A DNA stretch of 64,000 nt from Candidatus Eiseniibacteriota bacterium (GTDB taxonomy: Bacteria > Eisenbacteria > RBG-16-71-46 > JABDJR01), in assembly GCA_942491735.1 (NCBI GenBank), contig CALOCN010000001.1, forward strand, positions 832,040-896,039, in the 5' to 3' direction. The position numbers were made by a program, and so were the translations under genes. The notes under the pieces were generated by a model. That model searched no databases. It was not told the origin of the DNA and worked only from the letters and a program-made list of their open reading frames with translations. Below are positions 10,317 to 19,154 of the stretch, one piece after another (positions within the stretch are counted from its first letter, which is position 1; each line of letters begins with the position of its first letter).

Positions 10317-11324
10317 ATGCCCCGCCTGTCCCGCGTCCTGATCTTCCGTTCCGTGGTCACTCTGCTCGGGGTCTTCGCGATCCTGGGCGTCCCCGCCTGC
10401 AGCGAAGCCGACGATCCGCTCCCGTCCTGGACCGGGGCCCCGCGGGAAGCGCTCATGGAGTTCGTCGAGGCGGTGACCACCGAGGGGTCGGCCGATTACG
10501 TGGAGTCGGCGAACCGCATCGCCACCTTCGACAACGATGGGTGTCTGTGGTCGGAGCAGCCTTTCTACTTCCAGTTGGCCTTCACCATGGACCGGATCAA
10601 GGCGCTCGCTCCCGAGCACCCCGAGTGGTCGACCACCGAACCCTACAAATCGGTGCTGGCCGGGGACGTGGCCGGTGCCCTGGGAGCCGGCAAGAAGGCC
10701 CTGATGGAACTCCTGATGGCGGCTCATGCCGGCAATACCAGCGAGGAGTTCACCGCGATCGTGGTCGAATGGCTGGCGAGCGCGAAGCACCCCGTGACCG
10801 GGAGGCCCTATACCGGGATGGTCTATCAGCCCATGCTCGAGCTCCTGGACTACCTGCGGGCCAACGGGTTCAAGACGTTCATCGTCAGCGGTGGGGGAAT
10901 CGAGTTCATGCGCCCCTGGACCGGGAGGGTCTACGGCATTCCGCCCGAGCAGGTAGTCGGGAGCAGCGTCAAGACGGAGTTCGGAATGAGGGACGGCCAG
11001 CCGGTGTTGAATCGTCTGCCCGAGATGAACTTCATCGACGACGGTCCCGGCAAACCGGTGGGGATCCACGAGCACATTGGCCGGCGCCCCATTCTTGCCT
11101 TCGGGAACTCGGACGGCGACCTGCAGATGCTCCAATGGACCGCGGCCGGTCCCGGGCGGAGCTTCATGGGATTGATCCACCACACCGATGCGGATCGCGA
11201 GTGGGCCTACGACCGCGAATCCCACATCGGGAAGCTGGACAAGGCCCTGGACGAGGCGACCCGGCGGGGCTGGACGGTGGTGGACATGAAGGCGAACTGG
11301 AAAACGATCTACCCGGAGAACTGA
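10317..11324 (+). CDS. HAD-superfamily hydrolase, probably a secreted or lipoprotein form.
   Basis: GGAGG precedes the ATG at 10317. An N-terminal hydrophobic segment ends ...ILGVPAC. The HAD motif I-like segment is FDNDGCLW and the motif IV-like segment is FGNSDGDLQML. Confidence 0.65.
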   Translation: MPRLSRVLIFRSVVTLLGVFAILGVPACSEADDPLPSWTGAPREALMEFVEAVTTEGSADYVESANRIATFDNDGCLWSEQPFYFQLAFTMDRIKALAPEHPEWSTTEPYKSVLAGDVAGALGAGKKALMELLMAAHAGNTSEEFTAIVVEWLASAKHPVTGRPYTGMVYQPMLELLDYLRANGFKTFIVSGGGIEFMRPWTGRVYGIPPEQVVGSSVKTEFGMRDGQPVLNRLPEMNFIDDGPGKPVGIHEHIGRRPILAFGNSDGDLQMLQWTAAGPGRSFMGLIHHTDADREWAYDRESHIGKLDKALDEATRRGWTVVDMKANWKTIYPEN

Positions 11325-11370
11325 TGCGGTAGGGTGAGATGGATGCTGCGGGCTTGCGGAAGGAAGTTTC

Positions 11371-11919
11371 ATGATCGCGAGAACGGCTTGTTTGATTGTT
11401 CTCTGCTGCCTCCAACTGCAGACCGCCCACGCGGAAGAACCGGACAGGGATACCGTCGCCCTGGCCGCGTCGGTCGCTGAGCTCCAGCAGGCAGTGGGCA
11501 CCTGGTCCGTGGTTACCGAGTTCCTGAACCCGGACGGCAGCGTGGCACGCTCGGTCGAAGGCACCTACAGCTTCGAGTGGGTGGTGCCGGATCGCGTGGT
11601 GAGCGGGACCTCGACCATTCCGGATCTGGACCAGCAGTCGGCGATCCTGTTCTACGTCAACGAATCCGCACGGACCATCGAGATGGTCTCGGTGGGTGCG
11701 GACGGCAAACTCTGGGTCATGACCGGTGAGCTTGGCGGCAACACGCGCACGACCCCGGAGTTCGAGACCGCGGGAGGGGGGAAAAGCCGTTTGCGGTTCA
11801 CCCGTTCGAATGTCACCCCGGACCGTTTCGAGTCGCGGATGGAATACCTCGATGAGCCCGGAAACTGGGTGCAAGGGAACCACCAGGTGTTTATCCGGTC
11901 CAAACCCCGATCAAAATGA
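11371..11919 (+). CDS. Secreted hypothetical protein, possibly of the DUF1579 type.
   Basis: The signal peptide is MIARTACLIVLCCLQLQTAHA. It is 182 aa, with no recognisable catalytic motif. Confidence 0.45.
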   Translation: MIARTACLIVLCCLQLQTAHAEEPDRDTVALAASVAELQQAVGTWSVVTEFLNPDGSVARSVEGTYSFEWVVPDRVVSGTSTIPDLDQQSAILFYVNESARTIEMVSVGADGKLWVMTGELGGNTRTTPEFETAGGGKSRLRFTRSNVTPDRFESRMEYLDEPGNWVQGNHQVFIRSKPRSK

Positions 11920-11924
11920 ACTAG

Positions 11925-14900
11925 ATGGACACAGGGCGACGGGAGTTTCTTGCCAGTCACCTGCCCCGGTTCTTCGTACGCCGGAGACCGGACCCCGAAG
12001 ACACGCTACCGTTTCGACAGCAGTTCCCGGCGTCACTCCTGTTTGTCGATGTGGCGGGCTTCACCCGGCTGACCCTGCGGCTCTCCGAACGTGGGCCGGT
12101 GGGAGCCGAGCAACTCTCGGGTTTTCTCGATCGCATCTTCGGTCGGATTACCGGAGTCATCCTCGATCACGGTGGCGACGTGCTCGCCTACGCGGGCGAT
12201 GCCGTTCTCGCGTTCTGGCCCGAGCCTTCAGCCAACAGGCCTACGGAAGGATTGAACGCCGCCGCCCGGGCCGCCTTCGCAATCCAGGGGATCCTTGCCG
12301 ATGCGGCCGCATCCGATATGCCGATCCGGCTTCGGGCCACCCTGGGCGCGGGGACGGTGTCCTGGTTGGAAGTGGGCGGCGTGGGCGACTACTGGCCCTT
12401 TCTCGTGGTCGGGGAAGTGTTCAATGAGGTAGCCATCGCTGACGCGGGCGGAGCGTCGGGAACGGTTGTGGTGACCCGGGAGAGTTGGCCTCTCCTCGCG
12501 GCCACCTGGCGTGGAGAGCCACTCCCCTCGGGTGGAGTCAGGTTGATCGGCCTTCCCCCGGGAGAACCGGGACAGTTGTCGGATTCGCTCCCGTCCGGCC
12601 CCGGTCCCGGGATCGACCGCTACGTGCCACCGTTCGTTCGCGACTGCGGGGAGGCGGGGCGCGATTCCTGGGTCCCGGAATTTCGTCACATCAGCGCGTT
12701 GTTCGTGAACCTGCGTGGGGGAGTGGACTGGGATGAGCCGCTTTCCCTGCACCCTGCGATTCGGCTCCTGCAGGAGACCCTCGCGCGATTCGAAGGGTGT
12801 TTCTATCAGGTCCTTTCGGACGACAAGGGTCTGTCGGTGGTCGCGGCATTCGGACTGCCCTCGTATACCCACGAGGATGACGCCGTGCGAGCCGTTCTGG
12901 CTGCGCAGGAGATGACCGCCAATCTGGCGAGTCTCGGGATCGATGCGTCGTGCGGTGTGGCCACGGGGCTCACCTTCTACGGTCTGTGCGGGTTGGAATC
13001 CCGGCAGCAGTTCACCATGGTGGGTCCGGTCATGAACGCGGCGGCCCGGCTCATGCAGGCTGCCGACCACGGCGTCCTTTGCGACACGGAAACGGCGAGG
13101 GCCGCGGAGCATCCCAGGCTCAGATTCCACGCTCAGGAGGCGATCCGGGCCAAGGGGATCGATGATCCCATCCCCGTTAACCGGCCCCAGGTCGTGGAAC
13201 TGGCGCATCGCACGCGGGCCACGACGGCGCGCCCGGACCTGGTCGGACGATCCACGGAACGGGGCGCCCTGCTCGACGTCCTTGACCGCGCATCAGGCGG
13301 TGCGTGTGCCAGGGCGGTGGTTGAAGGCGAGCCGGGTATCGGCAAGTCGGCCCTGTTGGACTTCGCGGTCGCGGAGGCACAAGCCCGCGGGTTTTCCGTC
13401 TTTCGGGGGGCGGGAGACGCGATCGAGAAACACACTCCCTACTTTGCCTGGCGAACCATGATCGCCGGCCTGTTCGGCCTGGATCCCACCGCGCCGATCG
13501 GGGATCAACGTCGGGCCGTGCTCGGGCGTCTCGAGAAGAGTCCGAACCTTGCCCTCTTGGGCGCCCTCGCCAATCGGTTCCTTCCGTTCGAGATCCCCGA
13601 GACCGACGCCACCCGTCAAATGGACGAGGAGTCGCGGGCCGATGCGTCCCATCGTCTGATCCTGCGCCTGATTCAGGACGCGGCTGCCGGCTCCCCGATT
13701 CTCATTGCATTCGAGGACGGCCACTGGCTCGATGCCGCCTCCTGGACCTTGCTCTCCCAGGCCTGGTTCCGCCTGACCCCCATGGCGGCGATCCTTACCA
13801 CCCGGCGGGTGGCGGAGCCAGGTCCAGGAATACGGGACGTGCTCGCCGAGCCGGAACTGAAACACCTGCAGCTGTGCCCGCTCGAGTCGGGAGGCGTGAC
13901 GGAGATGGTGTGTCGGCGGCTCGGTGTGGATCAACTGCCACCGGTGGTGTCCAGAGTGATCGCGGCCCGATCGGGCGGCAACCCCTTCTTCGCCGAGGCG
14001 CTGACCCTCGGTCTGCTCGACGCAGGTCTGATCGAGGTCCACGAAGGGCGCTGTCGTCTGGGTGACGGTGCGGAGACCCCGTCCCTCTCCTTCGACGAGG
14101 CCGTTGAGGCGGCCGGGTTCCCCGGCTCGATACGGGGCGTCCTCGCGGCGAGGCTCGACCGACTGCCTTCAGCGCCACGGCTCACCCTGAAAGTGGCGAG
14201 CGTGTTCGGTCAGCGGGTTCCGGTCGAGGCCCTGCAGGCACTCCATCCCGTTTCCGTGGATCGCCGGAGCCTTGAGGAAAACCTCGGGATCCTTGATCAG
14301 CGTGGGTTGATTCGCATGGATGTGCCGGCAGGTGCATTCGAGTTCGGTCACGCACTGACCCGTGACGTTGCCTATGAGTCCATGGCCTTCGCACAACGCC
14401 GTCCGCTGCATCTTGCGACCGCGCAGTGGATCGAGAAGCGCCACGTGGACGCCCTGTCTCCCCACTACGCTGCGCTCTCTCATCATTGGCGACACGCCCA
14501 GGACCCACAAAGGGCCATGGACTACGCGAACCGCGCCGGACATCTGGCTCTCAAGCACTTCGCCAATACGGAGGCGGTCCGCCACCTGAGGGTTGCCCTG
14601 GAACTGGACGATGAACTCAATGCGGATCCCGACTGGCAGGGAATCGATCCCGCACGTCGGGCCATCTGGGAGTTCCATCTCGGCAAGGCCTACGTGAACG
14701 GATCGGGGTACGGGGAAGGACGCCCCTTCCTTGAGCGCGGCCTGGCGGAACTCGATCGGGCACCTCCCGGGGGTACCCTGCCGAGGATGAGGGGGCTCTT
14801 CGCGGACGTGATGCGTCAGGTCCTGCACCGGGTCCGCCCCGGGAGCTGTCTGGGGCGCCGTCAGATGGACGCGGGACGTCTCCTGGAATCCTCCCGGGCG

Positions 14901-15911
14901 CTGGAGGCCCTGACCGAAATCCACTATATGGGGGACGACATGCTTCCCTGTCTTCACTCGGCGATCCGATCCCTCAACCTGGCCGAGCTGGCCGGCCCGT
15001 CCGAGGAATTGGCTCGGGGGTATGCGTCGGTGGGCGCCATACTCGGATTCATGCGGCTGCGTGGTGCGGCGCGATCCTACGCGGATCGGGCCCTCGCCGT
15101 GGCCCGCGAGGTGGACAGCCCGCGTGCCGAAGCGTATGTCTCCCTGGCCACCGCGGTGTATCTGGCCGGGATCGGCGAGTGGGAAGAAGCGTCGTCGCTC
15201 CTGGGCAACGCCGCGGACATTGCGGCCTCGATGGGGAATCACCGACGCCGTCAGGACGCGGTCCTCCAGTTGGCGGCGATCAGTTTCTACCGGGGTGATT
15301 TCCACGGCACGCTGGAACTCGCCTCGCAGCTGCACGATTCGGCATCCGAAACGCGCCACCTGCGCTACCTGGGTGTCGCCGCGCGTCGGCAAGCCTATTG
15401 CCACTTTGCCCTTGGGCAACTGGAACCGGTTGAAGGGTGCATCCGCACCCTGGAGCAGGGCTCCGGATTCGAAGGGGGGTTCGAGCATCTGGACCTGTAC
15501 GTCATCCGGGCCATGCATCGACTTCGCTCGGGGGATCAGGAGGGGGCGGTCGAATCGGCGACGGCGGCGAGCCGGATCCTGGAGGCCACTTCGCCGGCGC
15601 TGTTCGACATTCTGCACGACTACACCACCCTGGGAGAAGTGTGGTTGGGATTGGACGAGGCGTCATGGCGAGCGTCCGGTCAGGCCGGGCTTTCGCGGGT
15701 CCTGCGATCGCTCAAGTCCTACGGACTCATGTTTCCCATTGGTCGACCGGCGACGTTGAGGCTTCGTGGAGAGTTGGCCCTGCGCCATGGGAAGGCGGGC
15801 CGGGCACGCAGGACGTGGCGCAAGGCGCTGGCTGCCGCCGAGGATCTGGGGATGCCCTTCGAGAAGGCGTTGCTGACCACGTTGTTGACCCGGAACGAGG
15901 AAGTTCAATGA
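11925..15911 (+). CDS. Multidomain signalling protein with two tandem class-III adenylate/guanylate cyclase homology domains. A P-loop NTPase (STAND-like) domain and a TPR-like helical C-terminal region follow.
   Basis: The first cyclase domain has FVDVAGFT...YAGDAVLAFW, so the metal-binding Asp residues are present. The second domain has FVNLRGG, a degenerate metal site. The Walker A motif is GEPGIGKSALLDF. A long alpha-helical TPR-like tail follows. The gene starts 6 nt after the previous stop. Confidence 0.8.
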   Translation: MDTGRREFLASHLPRFFVRRRPDPEDTLPFRQQFPASLLFVDVAGFTRLTLRLSERGPVGAEQLSGFLDRIFGRITGVILDHGGDVLAYAGDAVLAFWPEPSANRPTEGLNAAARAAFAIQGILADAAASDMPIRLRATLGAGTVSWLEVGGVGDYWPFLVVGEVFNEVAIADAGGASGTVVVTRESWPLLAATWRGEPLPSGGVRLIGLPPGEPGQLSDSLPSGPGPGIDRYVPPFVRDCGEAGRDSWVPEFRHISALFVNLRGGVDWDEPLSLHPAIRLLQETLARFEGCFYQVLSDDKGLSVVAAFGLPSYTHEDDAVRAVLAAQEMTANLASLGIDASCGVATGLTFYGLCGLESRQQFTMVGPVMNAAARLMQAADHGVLCDTETARAAEHPRLRFHAQEAIRAKGIDDPIPVNRPQVVELAHRTRATTARPDLVGRSTERGALLDVLDRASGGACARAVVEGEPGIGKSALLDFAVAEAQARGFSVFRGAGDAIEKHTPYFAWRTMIAGLFGLDPTAPIGDQRRAVLGRLEKSPNLALLGALANRFLPFEIPETDATRQMDEESRADASHRLILRLIQDAAAGSPILIAFEDGHWLDAASWTLLSQAWFRLTPMAAILTTRRVAEPGPGIRDVLAEPELKHLQLCPLESGGVTEMVCRRLGVDQLPPVVSRVIAARSGGNPFFAEALTLGLLDAGLIEVHEGRCRLGDGAETPSLSFDEAVEAAGFPGSIRGVLAARLDRLPSAPRLTLKVASVFGQRVPVEALQALHPVSVDRRSLEENLGILDQRGLIRMDVPAGAFEFGHALTRDVAYESMAFAQRRPLHLATAQWIEKRHVDALSPHYAALSHHWRHAQDPQRAMDYANRAGHLALKHFANTEAVRHLRVALELDDELNADPDWQGIDPARRAIWEFHLGKAYVNGSGYGEGRPFLERGLAELDRAPPGGTLPRMRGLFADVMRQVLHRVRPGSCLGRRQMDAGRLLESSRALEALTEIHYMGDDMLPCLHSAIRSLNLAELAGPSEELARGYASVGAILGFMRLRGAARSYADRALAVAREVDSPRAEAYVSLATAVYLAGIGEWEEASSLLGNAADIAASMGNHRRRQDAVLQLAAISFYRGDFHGTLELASQLHDSASETRHLRYLGVAARRQAYCHFALGQLEPVEGCIRTLEQGSGFEGGFEHLDLYVIRAMHRLRSGDQEGAVESATAASRILEATSPALFDILHDYTTLGEVWLGLDEASWRASGQAGLSRVLRSLKSYGLMFPIGRPATLRLRGELALRHGKAGRARRTWRKALAAAEDLGMPFEKALLTTLLTRNEEVQ

Positions 15912-16858
15912 TGCCAGCCGACCCCGAACCACGCCGCTACCTGGAGCACTCGATCCGGCGACTCCGGACAACACTCGAGTCGGACCTTTCTCCGGCCCAC
16001 GAGCCGGTCCTGGAGTGGATCCACGCGCTCTCTCCCACCGCTGCCCCCGAGGATTACTTCCTGCACCCGCGTTCCTATCCGATTCTCCAGCTCCCGGTCT
16101 GGGCCACCCGTGGTGCGTCGGGGGGGCTGGGGGAGGAGGACCTGGAAGCGCTTACCTACTCCACCGTCTGCGGCTACTACGCCATCCGTCTCATGGACGA
16201 CCTCATGGATCGGCCGGATCGCGCCCCGATGCACCTCTTGCCCTCGGTGGCCTTCTTCCTGGGTGAGTTCCAGGCCGTGTATACGCGTTGGTTTCCACCC
16301 GAGCACGTGTTCTGGTCCGAGTTTCGCGAGCTGTGGTACGGGACGCAGGCCTGTGCCATCGCCGATGTCGCGCTCGAAACCATTGATCGTGAGGCGTTCG
16401 AGAGGATTTCGGGGAACAAGATGCGGGCAGGCTTGATACCGGTGTCGGCGGTTCTGCATCGCACCGGACTCGCTGACCGCATCCCCGCCTGGCGTCGTTT
16501 CTGCGATCAGCTGGGGCCGTGGGTGCAGATGATGGACGACCTCTTCGACTGGCATCAGGATCTTCGCGCCGGGAGCCGCACCTACTTCCTGAGCGAGGCC
16601 CAGACCCGGCGTGCCCCGGCCCAGTCCGTGATGGAGTGGGTCGTGCTTGGAGGATTCGACTGGGGCGTGGAAGCACTGAACGTCCGATTGGTAGCCCTGC
16701 GGGAAGCCGCGCGGGGAGTGGGTTCCCCGGATGTGGATGGGCACCTGGACCAGCGTGCGGAGATCCTGGAGGAGTTGAAGGGCCTGGGTCGAGGACTCAC
16801 CGAACTGGGCAGACTGACCAGGATTGTGTGCTACGATGCCGACGACCGACGTCCTTAA
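15908..16858 (+). CDS. Isoprenoid-synthase-fold protein (polyprenyl synthase / ComQ-like) with two DDxxD motifs.
   Basis: The ATG at 15908 overlaps the cyclase stop by ATGA, indicating translational coupling. The motifs are YYAIRLMDDLMDRPD and, about 120 residues later, VQMMDDLFDWHQDL. This spacing resembles the FARM/SARM arrangement of the trans-IPPS fold. The call rests on inference from motifs only. Confidence 0.5.
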   Translation: MMPADPEPRRYLEHSIRRLRTTLESDLSPAHEPVLEWIHALSPTAAPEDYFLHPRSYPILQLPVWATRGASGGLGEEDLEALTYSTVCGYYAIRLMDDLMDRPDRAPMHLLPSVAFFLGEFQAVYTRWFPPEHVFWSEFRELWYGTQACAIADVALETIDREAFERISGNKMRAGLIPVSAVLHRTGLADRIPAWRRFCDQLGPWVQMMDDLFDWHQDLRAGSRTYFLSEAQTRRAPAQSVMEWVVLGGFDWGVEALNVRLVALREAARGVGSPDVDGHLDQRAEILEELKGLGRGLTELGRLTRIVCYDADDRRP

Positions 16859-16886
16859 GACACTCACTCCCACCTAGGAATACGAA

Positions 16887-17093
16887 ATGAATGTCAAGGA
16901 TCTCGTAGACAAGTATATGCACGATTCCGCCTTTCGCAGCGGTCTTCAGAACGACCCCGAAGGCACGCTCCGGGGCGCGGGGGTCAACCCCACTCCGGAA
17001 ATGTTGAATGCCGTCAAGAACGTGGACCACGGATCATTGAAGGCTGTCGCCGACTCCTTCGACCCGTTCGATCCCGGCGGCATCAGCTGCTGA
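16887..17093 (+). CDS. Precursor peptide with an NHLP/Nif11-type leader. It is 68 aa with a Gly-Gly motif and a C-terminal Cys.
   Basis: An RBS (agga) lies 8 nt upstream. The leader is MNVKDLVDKYMHDSAFRSGLQNDPEGTLRGAGVNPTPEMLNAV, matching the D-AF---L--DP---L---GV--P NHLP pattern. The tail is ...SFDPFDPGGISC. The peptide has no Trp and a single Cys, at the C-terminus. Confidence 0.6.
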   Translation: MNVKDLVDKYMHDSAFRSGLQNDPEGTLRGAGVNPTPEMLNAVKNVDHGSLKAVADSFDPFDPGGISC

Positions 17094-17200
17094 TCGGCTG
17101 ACCCTCCCTCCAGGAGGTCGTCCTGCGCTCGACGCTCATTGATGCAGCCCTTTCCCAGGAAGTCCTTGGCATCACGGCCCTGGTCGGGGACCTGCTATGG

Positions 17201-17821
17201 GTGGTGGCGTACTACCTGGTCATCCGCGTCGGCTTTCGGGAGAAGTCCTACGGGATCCCCCTCGTAGCCATCCTGCTCAACCTTTCCTGGGAGCTGATCT
17301 ACACATTCATCTTCCCACCCGAGATGCTGATCAAGCGGGTGTTGTTCGGTGCGTGGTTCGGGATCGACATGCTGGTGTTCTACCAGCTGCTGCGCTACGG
17401 GAAACGTGTCCAGGTCATTCCGGATATTCAACGGCACTTCTATGCCATTGTCTTCCTGACCTTCCTCTGGACCTTTGTCGGTCACTTGACGTTCCGGGTC
17501 ACCTTCTCCGACCTGGGTGGCGTGCGGGTCGCGTTCATGCAGAACATGGTCATGAGCGTCCTCTTCGTGTTCATGCTCTTCTCCCGCCGCGACCTGAGGG
17601 GACTTTCCTACGGCGCGGCCTGGTTCAAGATGATCGGGACCCTGATCATCTCCGTGTCGGACTTCCTCATGGTTCGTGGCTCCCAGGCCGAGTACGGATT
17701 CATGACCTTCCTCTATGTTTCCATTGTCATCTTCGATGCGTTCTACCTGGGGTTGTTCACGCGTGAACGGGCCCGTCTCAAGGCAGGGGAGCCGGACCGG
17801 ATCCATCCCGCCCCTGCCTAG
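17201..17821 (+). CDS. Polytopic (~6 TM) integral membrane protein of unknown function.
   Basis: Track ORF with a GTG start. Hydrophobic helices include IPLVAILLNLSWELIYTFIF and FYAIVFLTFLWTFVGHL. The in-frame region upstream (to 17102) is also hydrophobic, so the true start may lie upstream at a non-canonical codon. The stop overlaps the convergent kinase gene. Confidence 0.55.
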   Translation: MVAYYLVIRVGFREKSYGIPLVAILLNLSWELIYTFIFPPEMLIKRVLFGAWFGIDMLVFYQLLRYGKRVQVIPDIQRHFYAIVFLTFLWTFVGHLTFRVTFSDLGGVRVAFMQNMVMSVLFVFMLFSRRDLRGLSYGAAWFKMIGTLIISVSDFLMVRGSQAEYGFMTFLYVSIVIFDAFYLGLFTRERARLKAGEPDRIHPAPA

Positions 17822-19092
17822 GACCAGGCAACGAGGGTGGCCAGATCCAGGTCGCGTTCCGCCGGATCAAACCGGAGGGCACGATCCAGGAACGCGTGCA
17901 TTTCCGCGCTGATCCCCGTTCCAATGTCCTCGCGCCGAGGCAGCTCGAAGACCGCCTTCTCCCGGATGACCGTCATGAGATCGGTTCCGGAAAACAGAGG
18001 GCGGCCGGCCAGGGCCTCGTAGGCGGTACAGGCCAGGGAGTAGAGATCGGCCCGGGGCCCCACCTCGCTTCCGGAGAGCTGTTCCGGCGGCATGTAGATG
18101 GGGCTACCCAGGAGGGTCCCGGGGAGGGTGTGGGTCACTCCCTGGTCGGGCTCCGGGCGAGCGACCCCGAAGTCCATGAGCCGCGGCCGATCGTTCTCGT
18201 TCACCATGATGTTGCTGGGCTTGAGATCGCGATGCACGATGCCTTGTTCATGGACGTAGCGGAGGGCCTCGGCCAGTCGCCCCATCAGGGTGCGGACCCG
18301 TTTCTCGCCCAGGGCGCCTTCTTCCCGGATGAGTGCGTCCAGGGTACGGCCGGCGCAGAACTCCAGGACCAGGAAGTAGGTATTGAAGGCCCGGAAGCGG
18401 CCGTGGAGTCGCGCGACCCCGGGGTGATCCAGTCCTTGCACGATGTCGGCTTCGCGCCGAAACCGCGCGGTGGCGCCCAGGTGATAGAGAAGCCGGTGGC
18501 TGAGCATCTTGAGCGCGACCCGTTTCCCGGACTCCACATGTTCGGCTTCGTAGACGATGGCCATCCCGCCCCGGCCCAGAACCCGGGTGATGCGATACCC
18601 CTCGAGCACCTTCCCGCCCAGACCATCCCGCGCCCCCGTGCCCAGGCGCTCGGCGACCAGGTTCGTGCAGACCGCGGCCAGGTCGGGATAGCGACGCGCC
18701 ACCCGGTGAAAGGCATCGGATGGGAGCTGGAACGCTCTCCCGGAGGATTCCGCAATGATGGTCGCGGTGCGTGGTTCCTCGGTGACAAGAGCCATTTCCC
18801 CGATGACATCACCGGCACCGAAGCGTCCTACGATGGTCGAATCCTGGGCGGGATCGGCCACCTCGGCACGGGCCGCTCCCTCGAGGAGTACGAGCAGGAA
18901 CTCCGGGGGATCTCCCTGGCGAATGAGGAGTTCGCCCTCATCGAAGTGGAGCTCGGTGGCATTCTCGAGCACCGCGTCCAGCGAGTCCCAGGGTTGCCCG
19001 TGGAACAGCACCGACGCGGCGATCTCATCGCGTAGCGCGGAGGAAGGGGGAACGGAACGCACCATGGATGGCAGTATAGCGAATGTGCCCAT
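17818..19092 (-). CDS. Ser/Thr protein kinase with a cyclic-nucleotide-binding domain.
   Basis: The N-terminal CAP_ED segment has ...GDVIGEMALVTEEPRTATIIA... The kinase domain has GRGGMAIVYEA...VALK, HRDLKPSNIMV and DFGVA. Confidence 0.85.
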   Translation of the reverse strand: MGTFAILPSMVRSVPPSSALRDEIAASVLFHGQPWDSLDAVLENATELHFDEGELLIRQGDPPEFLLVLLEGAARAEVADPAQDSTIVGRFGAGDVIGEMALVTEEPRTATIIAESSGRAFQLPSDAFHRVARRYPDLAAVCTNLVAERLGTGARDGLGGKVLEGYRITRVLGRGGMAIVYEAEHVESGKRVALKMLSHRLLYHLGATARFRREADIVQGLDHPGVARLHGRFRAFNTYFLVLEFCAGRTLDALIREEGALGEKRVRTLMGRLAEALRYVHEQGIVHRDLKPSNIMVNENDRPRLMDFGVARPEPDQGVTHTLPGTLLGSPIYMPPEQLSGSEVGPRADLYSLACTAYEALAGRPLFSGTDLMTVIREKAVFELPRREDIGTGISAEMHAFLDRALRFDPAERDLDLATLVAWS

Positions 19093-19154
19093 GATTCAAG
19101 CGCCTGGGTCGAATCGAGGCGGGGGAAGCGCGCAGGGTGGCCGGCCAGGGTTCC

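Noticed and set aside
16887-17093. Lanthipeptide or proteusin interpretation of the NHLP-leader peptide.
   Set aside because: No LanM/LanB/LanC-like, radical-SAM or YcaO gene lies nearby. The core has a single Cys and no Ser/Thr-rich region. The adjacent DDxxD enzyme is the only plausible tailoring enzyme.
17201-17821. Assigning the 6-TM protein to a known family: isoprenylcysteine carboxyl methyltransferase, CPBP/Rce1 CAAX protease, UbiA prenyltransferase or PAP2.
   Set aside because: The diagnostic motifs are absent: RHPxY...EE for ICMT; EExxxR/FxxxH/HxxxN for CPBP; NDxxDxxxD for UbiA; KxxxxxxRP/PSGH for PAP2. It is left as unknown.
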